From the NCBI GenBank assembly GCA_050015075.1, contig JBEKCB010000023.1:1-64000 (forward strand): a stretch of 64,000 nucleotides of DNA, given 5' to 3'. The position numbers and the translations under genes were made by a program. The DNA comes from Candidatus Brocadiia bacterium (GTDB taxonomy: Bacteria > Planctomycetota > Brocadiia > CAIUPP01). The notes beneath the pieces are model-generated. The model did not search any database. It was not told the origin of the DNA and saw only the letters and a program-made list of their open reading frames with translations. Below are positions 16,474 to 25,867 of the stretch, in pieces (positions within the stretch are counted from its first letter, which is position 1; each line of letters begins with the position of its first letter).

Positions 16474-17472
16474 ATGAATCGAACGCGATGCGCGATGGCC
16501 GGCTTCGCGGCGGCCCTGCTGGCGGCCTGCAGCGCGCTCTGCGCCCCGCTGACGGTTGAGCAGGGCTGCGTCGAGGCGCAGAACGACGCGCGCACCAAGG
16601 CGCTCCAGAACCTCCAGAACGAAGTGTTCACCCTCAAGGTCGGCGAGACGAAGACGGTCAGGGACTTCATCGAGAGCACCGACCTGCCGAAGACGGACCT
16701 GGTCCGCGGCCTTTTGCTGGGCGTCGTGGAGTTGCGGCCGCCGCGCTTCTACGGCGACGGAGAGTGCGAAGTCCGCCTGGCGCTGAGCGGCGACGCGCTG
16801 CGGGCGAATCTCAAGCGGATTCTCGAGCAGGACTACAAGAAGCCGGACGGCGAATTCGCGAAGCAGACGTTCGACGGCGTCGGCGGCAAGGAACTCGAAG
16901 CTGCCGCGTTCAGCACGGTGGTGCTGCCGGCGCGGAGCGACGCCACCGTGGCCGACGGCGTGCCCGGCTGGAACAGAGACGCGTCGGGCCAGCCCATTCC
17001 GGCGCGGAAGCGGATCGAGACCGAGCATGCGGCGTACCTGGAAGGCCTGGCCGCCGTGAAGGCCGACGTCGAGAAGCTGAAGATCGGCGACGACCTCACG
17101 CTCGGCGCGCTGATGGCCGCGAACCCGCTCGCGAAGGAGTCGGTCGAGAAGTTCCTCGCCAAGTTGCCGGCCGACCGGAAGCTGTACTGGCCCAAGGGAA
17201 TTGTCGAAGTGCGGTTCGCGCTGGACCCCGCCGCGCTTTGGACGGCGCTGGAACAGGCCAATCAGAACCCCGCCGACCCGAAACAGCGCATGCCGTCCGT
17301 GGTGCTGTCCACCGGCCGCGAGCGCACGAAAAATCAAACCATCACGTCGTCCGGATTTGCGCAACTGGACGGCAAACCGGTCAACCCGGCCGACGTGGCC
17401 GAGACTGCGGCTCCGCTGGAACTCAATCCGATGACCGAACCGCCGCTTCCCGGACCTGAACAGGCGAAATAG
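16474..17472 (+). CDS. Secreted protein with two LPP20-like domains
   Basis: Signal peptide from MNRTRC; two similar units (A..DA...L...V..LKVGE..TV.D...DGECEVRLAL and AAY..L...V..LKIGD..TLG...KGIVEVRFAL). Confidence 0.55.
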   Translation: MNRTRCAMAGFAAALLAACSALCAPLTVEQGCVEAQNDARTKALQNLQNEVFTLKVGETKTVRDFIESTDLPKTDLVRGLLLGVVELRPPRFYGDGECEVRLALSGDALRANLKRILEQDYKKPDGEFAKQTFDGVGGKELEAAAFSTVVLPARSDATVADGVPGWNRDASGQPIPARKRIETEHAAYLEGLAAVKADVEKLKIGDDLTLGALMAANPLAKESVEKFLAKLPADRKLYWPKGIVEVRFALDPAALWTALEQANQNPADPKQRMPSVVLSTGRERTKNQTITSSGFAQLDGKPVNPADVAETAAPLELNPMTEPPLPGPEQAK

Positions 17473-17474
17473 CC

Positions 17475-17636
17475 ATGTCTAAGCGATGGGCCGGTTGGAT
17501 CGCCGTATGCGCGCTTCTGGCGCTCGTCGTCTCGCTCGCCGGCTGCGCCGGCGACTACAAGGATCCTGTGCCGGACCAGCCCTACCTGCCGCTGACAGCG
17601 TCATGGTCCGACTCCGATACGGGTCAGACGCCTTGA
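17475..17636 (+). CDS. Small 53-aa lipoprotein (not in ORF track)
   Basis: MSKRWAGWIAVCALLALVVSLAGC-AGDYKDPVPDQPYLPLTASWSDSDTGQTP; LAGC lipobox; starts 2 nt after the upstream stop. Confidence 0.7.
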   Translation: MSKRWAGWIAVCALLALVVSLAGCAGDYKDPVPDQPYLPLTASWSDSDTGQTP

Positions 17637-17670
17637 CGCGACGCTCGCGCCGACGCCGATCCTTTCTCAT

Positions 17671-18537
17671 GTGGGATGGGTGACTCCGACGAAGAACGCG
17701 GCCGATCACACAATCCCGCTCATCAGGGCGGCGACTCAGGCCACCCGGACTGATCCGTTCCAGTCGGGGTTTCTGATCGAGCTGCCTTCCGAAGGGGAGC
17801 TGCTCGTCACCGGCGACATCCACGGAAACGGCGGCAACCTGCAGCGCATCGTCCAGGTCGCCGACCTCGGTCGCTGCCCCGGGCGGCACCTGGTCCTTCA
17901 GGAACTCGTCCACGAACTGCAGGCCGTGGATGACGTCTGCCGCTCGTATCGCCTCGTTGAGATCGCCGCGCAACTGAAATGCGCCTACCCGAAACAGGTG
18001 CACATTCTCCTCGGCAACCACGAGTTCGCGGAATGCCTGGGGCTCGAGATCGGCAAGCGAGGGCGCGAACTCAACGCGGCCTTCGCCGACGGCCTTCGCG
18101 CCGCGTACGGCGAAAGCTGGGAAGAGGTCAAGGCAGCCTATCACGAATTCTGGACTTCCAGCCCGCTGGCGGTTCACACGTCGAACGGGCTGTTCGTGAG
18201 CCATTCGACGCCGCACCTGGACCGCATGGACGGCCTGACGCTCGAGTACCTGCGGACGGCGACCGTCGCGGACGCTTTCCGCCGCGAGGGGCCGGTTTTT
18301 TCGCTGCTCTGGGACCGGGACTATCGCCCGGAGGCCGCCGAAGCCTTCGCCCGGCGCATGCAGGCGGAGGTGCTGCTCGTCGGCCACACGGCCTGCACCG
18401 ACGGCATGCGCGTGCCGAACAACCGGCACATCATTCTCGATTCCAAAGACATGGAAGGCCGCTACGTGCTGCTCCCGCTCGATCGCGAACTCGATCAGCG
18501 GCGGGTCCTCGCGTACGTCCACCGGCTGTATCGCTGA
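17671..18537 (+). CDS. Calcineurin-like metallophosphoesterase
   Basis: GDIHG, LLGNHE, VSHS, LLWDRD and VGHT motifs; the second motif is atypical (LQELVH). Confidence 0.85.
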   Translation: MGWVTPTKNAADHTIPLIRAATQATRTDPFQSGFLIELPSEGELLVTGDIHGNGGNLQRIVQVADLGRCPGRHLVLQELVHELQAVDDVCRSYRLVEIAAQLKCAYPKQVHILLGNHEFAECLGLEIGKRGRELNAAFADGLRAAYGESWEEVKAAYHEFWTSSPLAVHTSNGLFVSHSTPHLDRMDGLTLEYLRTATVADAFRREGPVFSLLWDRDYRPEAAEAFARRMQAEVLLVGHTACTDGMRVPNNRHIILDSKDMEGRYVLLPLDRELDQRRVLAYVHRLYR

Positions 18538-18549
18538 ATTCCGTAATTA

Positions 18550-18640
18550 GGGAATTGGGTGATTGGGAGATTGGGAAATTGGGTGATTGGGAAAAGCGCG
18601 GCGCTCATTCACCTGATCTTCCGATCTCCCAATCTCCCCA
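18550..18640. repeat. 8-nt tandem repeat hairpin: (GGDRATTG)5 with a degenerate inverted counterpart
   Basis: GGGAATTG GGTGATTG GGAGATTG GGAAATTG GGTGATTG, then CATTCACC TGATCTTC CGATCTCC CAATCTCC. Confidence 0.75.
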
Positions 18641-18671
18641 TGGCCTGATTCAATGGGCCGCTCGATGGCAC

Positions 18672-20276
18672 GTGGCATTCCTGCTGCTGCTGGCCCTCCT
18701 GGCGTTGCACGCGTTCTCCACGATGGGCGTGTACGTCCTCAGCGATGACCTCGCCTGGGTGCAGCGCGCGGTGGCGGACTCGCACAAGCCGTGGAACGCG
18801 TTCGTGCAACCGCTGTTCGGCGATTACTACCGGCCGATCCCCGAACTCGTCTGGACGCTGAATTACCGCCTGTGGGGCTTCGACTTCGACGGCCACCAGC
18901 TCATGTACATCCTCATGTGGCTGGCCGGCGTCTGCGCGGTTTACGCCGTCGGATGCCGGCTCGGCGGGCGCATCGCCGGATTCGCCGCCGCGGCACTCGT
19001 CGGGCTGAACTACTTCTATCTGCTCATTGCGAGTTGGAAGTCCTGGTACACGACGCTGACCGAGTTTGTCGCGGTGCTGGCCTGGGTCTGGGCCACGCTG
19101 AGGTGGCACGAGTCGCGGCGGGCGCGGTACGCCATCGCATCCGCCGCGCTGGCGGCCGTGGCGGTGCTGTCGCGCGAACTGGCGCCGCTGGTGATTTCGG
19201 CGATCGTGCTCGCGGGCTTCGTGCTGCCGAACTTCAAGGCGGCGGAGGAAAAAAGCCGCCGCCGTGCGGCGATGTGGCTGGTCGTCTGGGCGGTCGTCAC
19301 GGGTGCGGTTCTGCTGGCCTTGCCGGCGTACCGGAACGTCGCGGTCGCATTTCTGGAGAAGGCGCAAGGACCGGCGACGGCCGTCAGGGCGGGCGGCGCG
19401 AAAGAGATTTCCGGCGAGTACGCCTGGAAGGATTTCGTCCATCACACACAGGGCATTTTCGAAAACTGGGGAATCTCGCGTTACCTGCTGTGGTTTGCGA
19501 CGGTCTACGGATATTTGCGCCTCCGGCGCGAACGTCCGGCGTTCGCGAACAAGTACTGCCGCGTGCTCCTCGGCGCAATCGCGCTGGGCGCGGTCGTCTT
19601 CGCGCTGCCGTGGGGCGCCGGCAGGTTCGGCCCGAAGGCGAACGATTTCGCTCGGGACTGGATTCAACCGGTGATGTCGGGGATCCTGATGCTGCTCTTC
19701 TGCGCGGCCGCGTTTTCCGGCGACCGCACGGACCGGCTGCTGGGCGCGTGGTTCGTGGCGAGCTTCCTGCCGATCCTTGTCCTGAAGGACTGGTCCGGCG
19801 CATATCACCTGCTGGCCTTCACTGCGCTGGCGTTCTTCACAGCGCGGGCGCTTGCGGCGTTCGCGCACGAGGTGTTCCTTCCGGCGCTGGCGCGGCTGCT
19901 CGGGAAAGCGCCGGCCGGCCGCGAGGACGACGCGCGCTACGCGCTGGTCGCGGTCCTCGCTGCGCTGTTGATCATCGAGGCGTGGATGCTGGGATCCGGC
20001 GTGTGGGTAGCGCAGAAGAAGAGAGATGGAATCCAGGAGCGGGTCGCGTTTGGCCGAGCGGTGGAGGCTCGTGTGGACCGCGCCATTCAGGGGGTGCTGA
20101 AAGCGGCCGGCCCCGCGCGGCGGGTCTGGGTCTGGCCGACGCCGTACGCCGAACTGGCCGGTCTCATTCTGCAGGAGAAGTACGGATTCAAAGTGCAGCG
20201 AGTAGATCAGCCCGGCCTGATCGGAGCCCAATTCTCCGACCCGCTGGTGCCCATCCGCGCGGATGCGGGGCGATAA
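18672..20276 (+). CDS. GT-C-like multi-TM membrane protein (putative glycosyltransferase); start uncertain
   Basis: LSDD...YYRP motif after the first TM, LSRELA, more than 10 TMs; the ORF-track 5' extension to 17979 overlaps the phosphoesterase. Confidence 0.7.
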   Translation: MAFLLLLALLALHAFSTMGVYVLSDDLAWVQRAVADSHKPWNAFVQPLFGDYYRPIPELVWTLNYRLWGFDFDGHQLMYILMWLAGVCAVYAVGCRLGGRIAGFAAAALVGLNYFYLLIASWKSWYTTLTEFVAVLAWVWATLRWHESRRARYAIASAALAAVAVLSRELAPLVISAIVLAGFVLPNFKAAEEKSRRRAAMWLVVWAVVTGAVLLALPAYRNVAVAFLEKAQGPATAVRAGGAKEISGEYAWKDFVHHTQGIFENWGISRYLLWFATVYGYLRLRRERPAFANKYCRVLLGAIALGAVVFALPWGAGRFGPKANDFARDWIQPVMSGILMLLFCAAAFSGDRTDRLLGAWFVASFLPILVLKDWSGAYHLLAFTALAFFTARALAAFAHEVFLPALARLLGKAPAGREDDARYALVAVLAALLIIEAWMLGSGVWVAQKKRDGIQERVAFGRAVEARVDRAIQGVLKAAGPARRVWVWPTPYAELAGLILQEKYGFKVQRVDQPGLIGAQFSDPLVPIRADAGR

Positions 20277-20285
20277 GTAATACCC

Positions 20286-21977
20286 TCACTGGAGCTTCTC
20301 GATGCAATCCGCAATTTCCGCGCGCCACTGTTCATAGGTCCCGGGCGCGTGAGCGGGGATGCGGCCGCCGCTGATCGGATCGTATGCCTCAAGGCTGGCA
20401 AGCTTAATCCGGTCCGAGATCTCCCGCAGCAGCGTCGCCCCGTCCTCCGCGGCTTTGTCCCGCAGGTCGCCGGTCGGCTTGCGTGTCGCCAGCAGTTTCT
20501 CCAGCGTGGCCACATAGCGCCGGTCCTTGGCGCCTTCGCGCGCGGCCTCCCATCGGAGCGTCGGCACGTTGCCTTGCGCCGGGTCCGCGGCCGGCCAGGT
20601 ATAGTTCTCTCTCGGCGTGCTGGAATGATAGTAGCACCACTGCGCCGCGCCGGCGGCTTCCGCCTTCCAGTTGAAGAAACCGTAGAACAGACGCGCGGCC
20701 TGCGTCCCGCCCTCGCCGGAGCCGCCGCCGGCCATGTTATAAACCTGGATCACCGCATGCGGGTCGTTCTTGCGGACGAGTTGGAGCCTGTCCGTGAGCC
20801 AGCGATTGGTCGTCCAGATGTCAATCCGGTCCTTCCAGAGCTGCTCCTCGTCGCGCTTCATCGCCCAGCCGCCGCCGACCGTCAGTTCCCGCAGCACTTC
20901 CGGCAGTTCCGTCTTGATCAGGTCGTTATAGTGTTGCGCCGCAGCGGTGGTCCACGCATGGCTGCCGGGCTCATCGGCGACGGTCAGAACGATCTTCAGT
21001 CCGCGCCGCGCGGCCTGATCGCGGAGAACGCGGACCGCGGCGACGTAGCGCCGGTCCAACTTTTCGCTGAATGGGTAGTACCGGAACCATGCGCCCCACA
21101 TGCCGATGGACTTATCCGGCGCGTTCAGCCACTCGGCCGTGATGCGGTTGTACAGGTCCACGAAGACCAGCGGCCGGGCGAAGCCGGCGGACTTGTACGC
21201 GTCGAACAACCCGGCCAGGCGCGCCTCGATCAGGTCGCCGTCGCGAGTGACCGGCGCGGACACCTGCGAGCAGTTCATGCCGTGGCAGCGCTGATCAACC
21301 CACTGCTTGCGGAGGAGGTCGAGTTGTCCGGGGTCCTCCGGCGCGGTGTAATAGATGTAAAGGTTCACGTCCGGCTCCACGAGCTTGAACGGGTAAACCT
21401 TCAGCTCGATCGGGATCTCTCTCATCGCCTCGCCCAGGACGACGGTCACTATGCCGCGGTAGACGCCGGACGGCGTATCGGGCGGAATGAAGTAGGTCAC
21501 CCAAATCTCAGCCTGGCCTGACTCGGCCAGAATCATCCCTTCCAACGACTCCAGCAGCAGAGGTATGGCCGGAGCCTTTTTGTCATGGATGAGTCTAACG
21601 AAACGCAGGAACCGGATGTCGAAGTTCTCATATCCGATCATCCCGCCGGCGGAAGATTTCAGGTCGCTGACGGTCACTGAGAGTTTGCCGCCCCCGGCCG
21701 AGCAGACCAGGAAGGTGATCGGTCCATACTGCCCGGCGCAGTCGGCGGCGGACAGGGTCTTGGGGTTCGTTGCGGATGCCGTGAACGCAATCGTTACGGA
21801 AGGTTGAGGCAGAAGTTCAGTCAGCGGCAGGGCCGTGACGGCCGGCGCTTCCTCAAAATATGAGTTCGGCGCGGCCGTTCTGCCCATGACGGCGAAGCCT
21901 TCCGGCTGCGTTCCGCAGGCGTGGCCGGCGAGGAAAGCGGCCAGGAGGCAGGTCAGCGCAGTCGCCGGGGCTTTCAT
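20286..21977 (-). CDS. Secreted DUF4091/GH123-like putative glycoside hydrolase
   Basis: Signal peptide; IWVTYFIPPDTPSGVYRG Ig-like module; ADEP; C-terminal TLRWEAAREGAKDRRY. Confidence 0.6.
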   Translation of the reverse strand: MKAPATALTCLLAAFLAGHACGTQPEGFAVMGRTAAPNSYFEEAPAVTALPLTELLPQPSVTIAFTASATNPKTLSAADCAGQYGPITFLVCSAGGGKLSVTVSDLKSSAGGMIGYENFDIRFLRFVRLIHDKKAPAIPLLLESLEGMILAESGQAEIWVTYFIPPDTPSGVYRGIVTVVLGEAMREIPIELKVYPFKLVEPDVNLYIYYTAPEDPGQLDLLRKQWVDQRCHGMNCSQVSAPVTRDGDLIEARLAGLFDAYKSAGFARPLVFVDLYNRITAEWLNAPDKSIGMWGAWFRYYPFSEKLDRRYVAAVRVLRDQAARRGLKIVLTVADEPGSHAWTTAAAQHYNDLIKTELPEVLRELTVGGGWAMKRDEEQLWKDRIDIWTTNRWLTDRLQLVRKNDPHAVIQVYNMAGGGSGEGGTQAARLFYGFFNWKAEAAGAAQWCYYHSSTPRENYTWPAADPAQGNVPTLRWEAAREGAKDRRYVATLEKLLATRKPTGDLRDKAAEDGATLLREISDRIKLASLEAYDPISGGRIPAHAPGTYEQWRAEIADCIEKLQ

Positions 21978-21987
21978 CGCGCGCACC

Positions 21988-23151
21988 TCAGGCGAAATTC
22001 AGCCCATACCACGGCGTCGGCAGCGGGAAGGCCGGTTGCAGCCTTTCGATGACGGACGCCGCACCTTCGAAAACCAGCGGTTTCGAATCCGGCGCGCCGA
22101 AGAGGAACCGCGCCAGTTCCGCGCGGCCGACGATGCGGGCTTCGTCCGGGCCGAGCAGGATATGCAGCCGCGCGCCGGCGCCGGAACGCGATCCCGGCCC
22201 ATCGCCCGATTCGGAGAACCGGAGTTCCCGCCCGGCGACCGCTTCACCGCAAAACCGCGCGATGCGCGGCCGGAGTTTCTCCATGCAGGAAGCCATGCGG
22301 AGCGGAAGGAACGTCCCGAGACCGGATTCCAGTTTTCCACCGGACTGCGCGATCGAGGCGAACGCCTCGCGGCCGGCGCGGTCCCAGTCGCCGACGTGCG
22401 CCTGGACGAGGGAGGCTCCCATTTCTGAGGCCGCCTGGGTCAGCGCGCGCGCCGCATCCATCCGGTCGCCGGCGAATTCCGCCAGCAGCGCGGCCGGCCC
22501 GTCCACACGCGGCTCGTGGAGGACCAGGTACGCGCAGAGGCGGTCCGCCCTGAACACGCCCCAGAAGCGCGCCTTCGAATTCATGACGAAGCGGTTCTTC
22601 GCCGCGCGCAACCAATCGTCGCGGCTGCGGACGAAGTGCACCGGCTCGCGTTCGTACAGCGCCGCGGCGGCGGGGCAGTCGGCGAAGGAGATTTCCCGGA
22701 CCGCCAGACCGGCCGGCGGATGGCCTCCGGCGGCGATCTGGTAAACCCATTCGCGGCCCGCTTTGGCCGCGCCGCGGGCGGTGTAAAGAGTGCGGCCGCC
22801 GGAGATCCACGCGAGATCGTCCCCTTCGCGCGCCGACTGCTCGAGCGCAAAATCCAGGCATCGCGTCGCGCAGCCGCTGCCGCGGCGTTCCTCCGCCGTC
22901 GCGACCCCGCCGACGAGAGTCACCGCCAGCGGCACCCCTTCAAACAGGATCTGCGCCGCCACCATCCCGACGTGCGAGACGATCTCGCCGCCTTCGGAAA
23001 TGACGATCAGCCGGCCGAGGTTCGCTTCGTCCAGGAGGCTCGGGTATTCGTTGAGGAAGTTGCCCGGAGAGTTTGCGCGGAACGTGCGATCCAGCAATCG
23101 GACGAGCGAGGGAAGCTCATTGGCGCGGAGCGGCCGCGGCCCTTCCATCAA
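21988..23151 (-). CDS. GNAT family N-acetyltransferase (Eis-like)
   Basis: VGGVATAEERRGSGCA acetyl-CoA motif A, GGRTLY; about 390 aa. Confidence 0.82.
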   Translation of the reverse strand: MMEGPRPLRANELPSLVRLLDRTFRANSPGNFLNEYPSLLDEANLGRLIVISEGGEIVSHVGMVAAQILFEGVPLAVTLVGGVATAEERRGSGCATRCLDFALEQSAREGDDLAWISGGRTLYTARGAAKAGREWVYQIAAGGHPPAGLAVREISFADCPAAAALYEREPVHFVRSRDDWLRAAKNRFVMNSKARFWGVFRADRLCAYLVLHEPRVDGPAALLAEFAGDRMDAARALTQAASEMGASLVQAHVGDWDRAGREAFASIAQSGGKLESGLGTFLPLRMASCMEKLRPRIARFCGEAVAGRELRFSESGDGPGSRSGAGARLHILLGPDEARIVGRAELARFLFGAPDSKPLVFEGAASVIERLQPAFPLPTPWYGLNFA

Positions 23152-23583
23152 TCAGTTCCCCGCAGGTGTGGGATACTGCGAGGCGATCTTCAGGAACGAG
23201 TGCGGGAGCTGGCCGGATAACGGCACTCGGTTGTAGATGTTGAACCGCGCGACGTCGTCGGTATTCGTCCGCTCGGGCAGGGAGACGCTGATCTTCTCGA
23301 AACTATTGGACAGGCGCCCGGCGAGCGTCCGCGAATCCGGGTATTTCATTTCCTCGCCGATGCGCAGAAAGTTCTTCGGCAGGTCGCAGCTCAAGTCGTA
23401 GTCGTTCAGGACCAGGCTGCCGCTCAGCTTTTCAAAGGAATTCGGCAGGCGCGAGGCGAGCGGCACGCGCAGATAGGGACGCTGCGCGGCCAGGTAATCA
23501 TCAGGGTCATTCGCCGCCCGCACGTCCGCCGCCCAGAACAGCGCCACGGCCGCCGCCGCGAGGTACGCCGGAATCCTCTTCAT
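23152..23583 (-). CDS. Small secreted protein with four short internal repeats
   Basis: MKRIPAYLAAAAVALFWAADVRA signal; LASRLPNSFEKL, LSCDLPKNFLRI, LAGRLSNSFEKI and LSGQLPHSFLKI; GGAGG SD. Confidence 0.65.
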   Translation of the reverse strand: MKRIPAYLAAAAVALFWAADVRAANDPDDYLAAQRPYLRVPLASRLPNSFEKLSGSLVLNDYDLSCDLPKNFLRIGEEMKYPDSRTLAGRLSNSFEKISVSLPERTNTDDVARFNIYNRVPLSGQLPHSFLKIASQYPTPAGN

Positions 23584-23760
23584 CGTCCGCCCTCCAGTCA
23601 ACAGCAGTATCCTAACTTCTGCCCGGCCGCTCGTCAATAGCTTCTTGATCCGGCCGTCAGCCGCGCGCCGGTGCGTTGATTGCGTTTCCGCTATGGACTA
23701 GAATATCGGCGCTCGCGACGGCCTCTTTATTTGCGGACTCCGCAAGGGAGAAAGGCGGCT

Positions 23761-24795
23761 GTGAAAGCGGCGGTATTGCATGGAGCAGGGGACCTGCGGG
23801 TCGAGGAACGGCCGGAGCCGAAGCCGGGGCCGGGCGAGGCGCTCGTCCGAGTGACGGCGTCGGGCGTCTGCAATTCGGACCTGAACCGCGTGCGCGCGGC
23901 GGAGGTGCCACGGCTGCCGCTCGTCATCGGGCATGAGTTCGCCGGCAAGGTCGTCGCCCTCGGCGAAGGGGCGCGGGCTGAAATCGGCGCGCGCGTGGCG
24001 GTGTATCCGCTGCTGCCGTGCGGCGAGTGCCCGAGTTGCCGCCGCCGGCTCTTCGAGTGCTGCAGCGATTATTCCTACTACGGTTCGCGCCGGGACGGCG
24101 GCCTGGCGGAGTTCGCGGCGGTGCGCACCGCGAACCTGGTCCCGCTGCCGGAAGGAGTCTCGGACGCGGAGGCGGCCATGAGCGAGCCTGCGGCGGTGAC
24201 GCTCCACGCGCTCAACCGCGCCGGGCTCCGAAAGGGCGAATGCCTGGTCATTCTCGGCGCGGGGCCGATGGGGCTCCTGGCCGCGCAGATCGCCCGCGCC
24301 CGCGGCGCGCGCGACGTGATTCTGCTCGACGTGGCAGAGGAGCCGCTGGAGTTCGCGCGAAGCCTGGGCTTCGACAAGATCGCCCGCAGCGACGCGGCGG
24401 ACATCGGCCGGCGCGTGAAGGAGCTTGCCGGCGACGGCGGCCCGGAGGTGGTCCTCGAAGCGGCCGGAGCGGCGCCGGCGTATCGCCTGGCGCTGGAACT
24501 GGCCGCGCCGGCCGCGCGCGTGGTCTTCATGGGCAACATCGGCGGCGATCTGCTGCTGCCGCAGAAACTGGTCAGTTCGATTCTCCGCAGACAGCTCCAG
24601 GTTCTCGGCTCCTGGAACTCGAGCCTTGTGAACCCGGAGAACGAGTGGGCGGCGGTCCACGCGATGGTCGCGCAGCGCGCGCTGCTGCCGGAAAAGCTGA
24701 TCTCGCACCGGCTGCGGCTCGAAGAAGTCCCCGGCGCGATCCGCCGGATGCAGGAGCGGCGCGAAGTGTTCCGGAAAGTCATGGTCATTTTGTGA
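23761..24795 (+). CDS. Zn-dependent (MDR) dehydrogenase, galactitol-1-phosphate 5-dehydrogenase-like
   Basis: GVCNSD, GHEFAG, CGECPSC...C, YGSRRDGGLAE, GAGPMG and GSWNS. Confidence 0.85.
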   Translation: MKAAVLHGAGDLRVEERPEPKPGPGEALVRVTASGVCNSDLNRVRAAEVPRLPLVIGHEFAGKVVALGEGARAEIGARVAVYPLLPCGECPSCRRRLFECCSDYSYYGSRRDGGLAEFAAVRTANLVPLPEGVSDAEAAMSEPAAVTLHALNRAGLRKGECLVILGAGPMGLLAAQIARARGARDVILLDVAEEPLEFARSLGFDKIARSDAADIGRRVKELAGDGGPEVVLEAAGAAPAYRLALELAAPAARVVFMGNIGGDLLLPQKLVSSILRRQLQVLGSWNSSLVNPENEWAAVHAMVAQRALLPEKLISHRLRLEEVPGAIRRMQERREVFRKVMVIL

Positions 24796-24829
24796 TGAGC
24801 GTTATCGAAAGAAAGGACAGGGAACCTGA

Positions 24830-25867
24830 ATGAAGGCCGCAGTGCTGGAGGCGCTTGAGCGCATTGTCGTCCGCGAGATGCCGTCGGCGGACCCCGGGCC
24901 GGGCGAGATCAAGCTGCGCGTGCGCGCGTGCGCGGTGTGCGGCAGCGACATCCGCATTTTCCACCACGGCAACCCGCGCGTGAAGCCGCCGGCCATCATC
25001 GGCCACGAGGCGGCCGGCGAGATCATCGCCGTCGGGCAGGGCGTGAAGAAGTTCGCGGTCGGCCAGCGCGTCGCGCTCGGGGCGGACGTGCCGTGCGGCC
25101 AGTGCGAGTGGTGCCGCAACGGGCTTGGCAACAATTGCCCGGACAATTACGCGATCGGCTACCAGTTCCCCGGCGCGTTCGCCGAGGAGATGGTGCTGAA
25201 CACGATGATCGTGGACTACGGTCCGGTCACGCCGATCCCCGATTCGGTCACCGACGAGGAGGCCGCGCTCGCCGAGCCGCTCGGCTGCGCGATCAACGGT
25301 CTGGAGATGTGCCGCCTGGAACGCGGCGACACGCTGTGCATCATCGGGGCCGGGCCCATCGGCTGCATGATGATCGAGCTGGGCCGCGACATGGGCGCGG
25401 AGCGGATCATCATGATCCAGCGCTCGCGCAATCGGCTGGAGCTGGCGAAGCGGTTCGGCGCGGACAACTACCTCTCGCCGGAAGACGGCGACGTGATGCA
25501 GGCCGTGCGCGACCTGACCGCCGGCCGCGGCCCGGACGTGGTGGTGACGGCGTGCGGCTCCGTCGAGGCGCATGAGCAGGCGATCGCCATGGTGGCCAAG
25601 CGCGGCAGCGTGAACCTCTTCGGCGGGCTGGCGGCCGGCGCGCGGAACCTGAGCGTGCCGTCGAACCTGATCCATTACAAGGAATGCTACGTCCTCGGCT
25701 CGCACGGCAGCGTGCCGCGGCAGCACGCCCTGGCCATGCAACTGATCCGCAAACACACCGTGCACGTGGCGCGCTGCATCAGCCACACGTTCCCGCTCGA
25801 CCAGATCGGCGCGGCGCTCGAGGCGGCGGAGAAACATGAAGGCCTCAAGGTCATGGTGAAACCGTGA
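24830..25867 (+). CDS. Zn-dependent (MDR) dehydrogenase, L-iditol/sorbitol dehydrogenase-like
   Basis: AVCGSD, GHEAAG, CGQCEWC...C, GAGPIG and NLIHYKE. Confidence 0.88.
   Translation: MKAAVLEALERIVVREMPSADPGPGEIKLRVRACAVCGSDIRIFHHGNPRVKPPAIIGHEAAGEIIAVGQGVKKFAVGQRVALGADVPCGQCEWCRNGLGNNCPDNYAIGYQFPGAFAEEMVLNTMIVDYGPVTPIPDSVTDEEAALAEPLGCAINGLEMCRLERGDTLCIIGAGPIGCMMIELGRDMGAERIIMIQRSRNRLELAKRFGADNYLSPEDGDVMQAVRDLTAGRGPDVVVTACGSVEAHEQAIAMVAKRGSVNLFGGLAAGARNLSVPSNLIHYKECYVLGSHGSVPRQHALAMQLIRKHTVHVARCISHTFPLDQIGAALEAAEKHEGLKVMVKP

Noticed and set aside
17979-18671. 765-aa version of the membrane protein
   Set aside because: The 5' part overlaps the phosphoesterase in another frame and has Arg/Pro-rich shadow-ORF composition.
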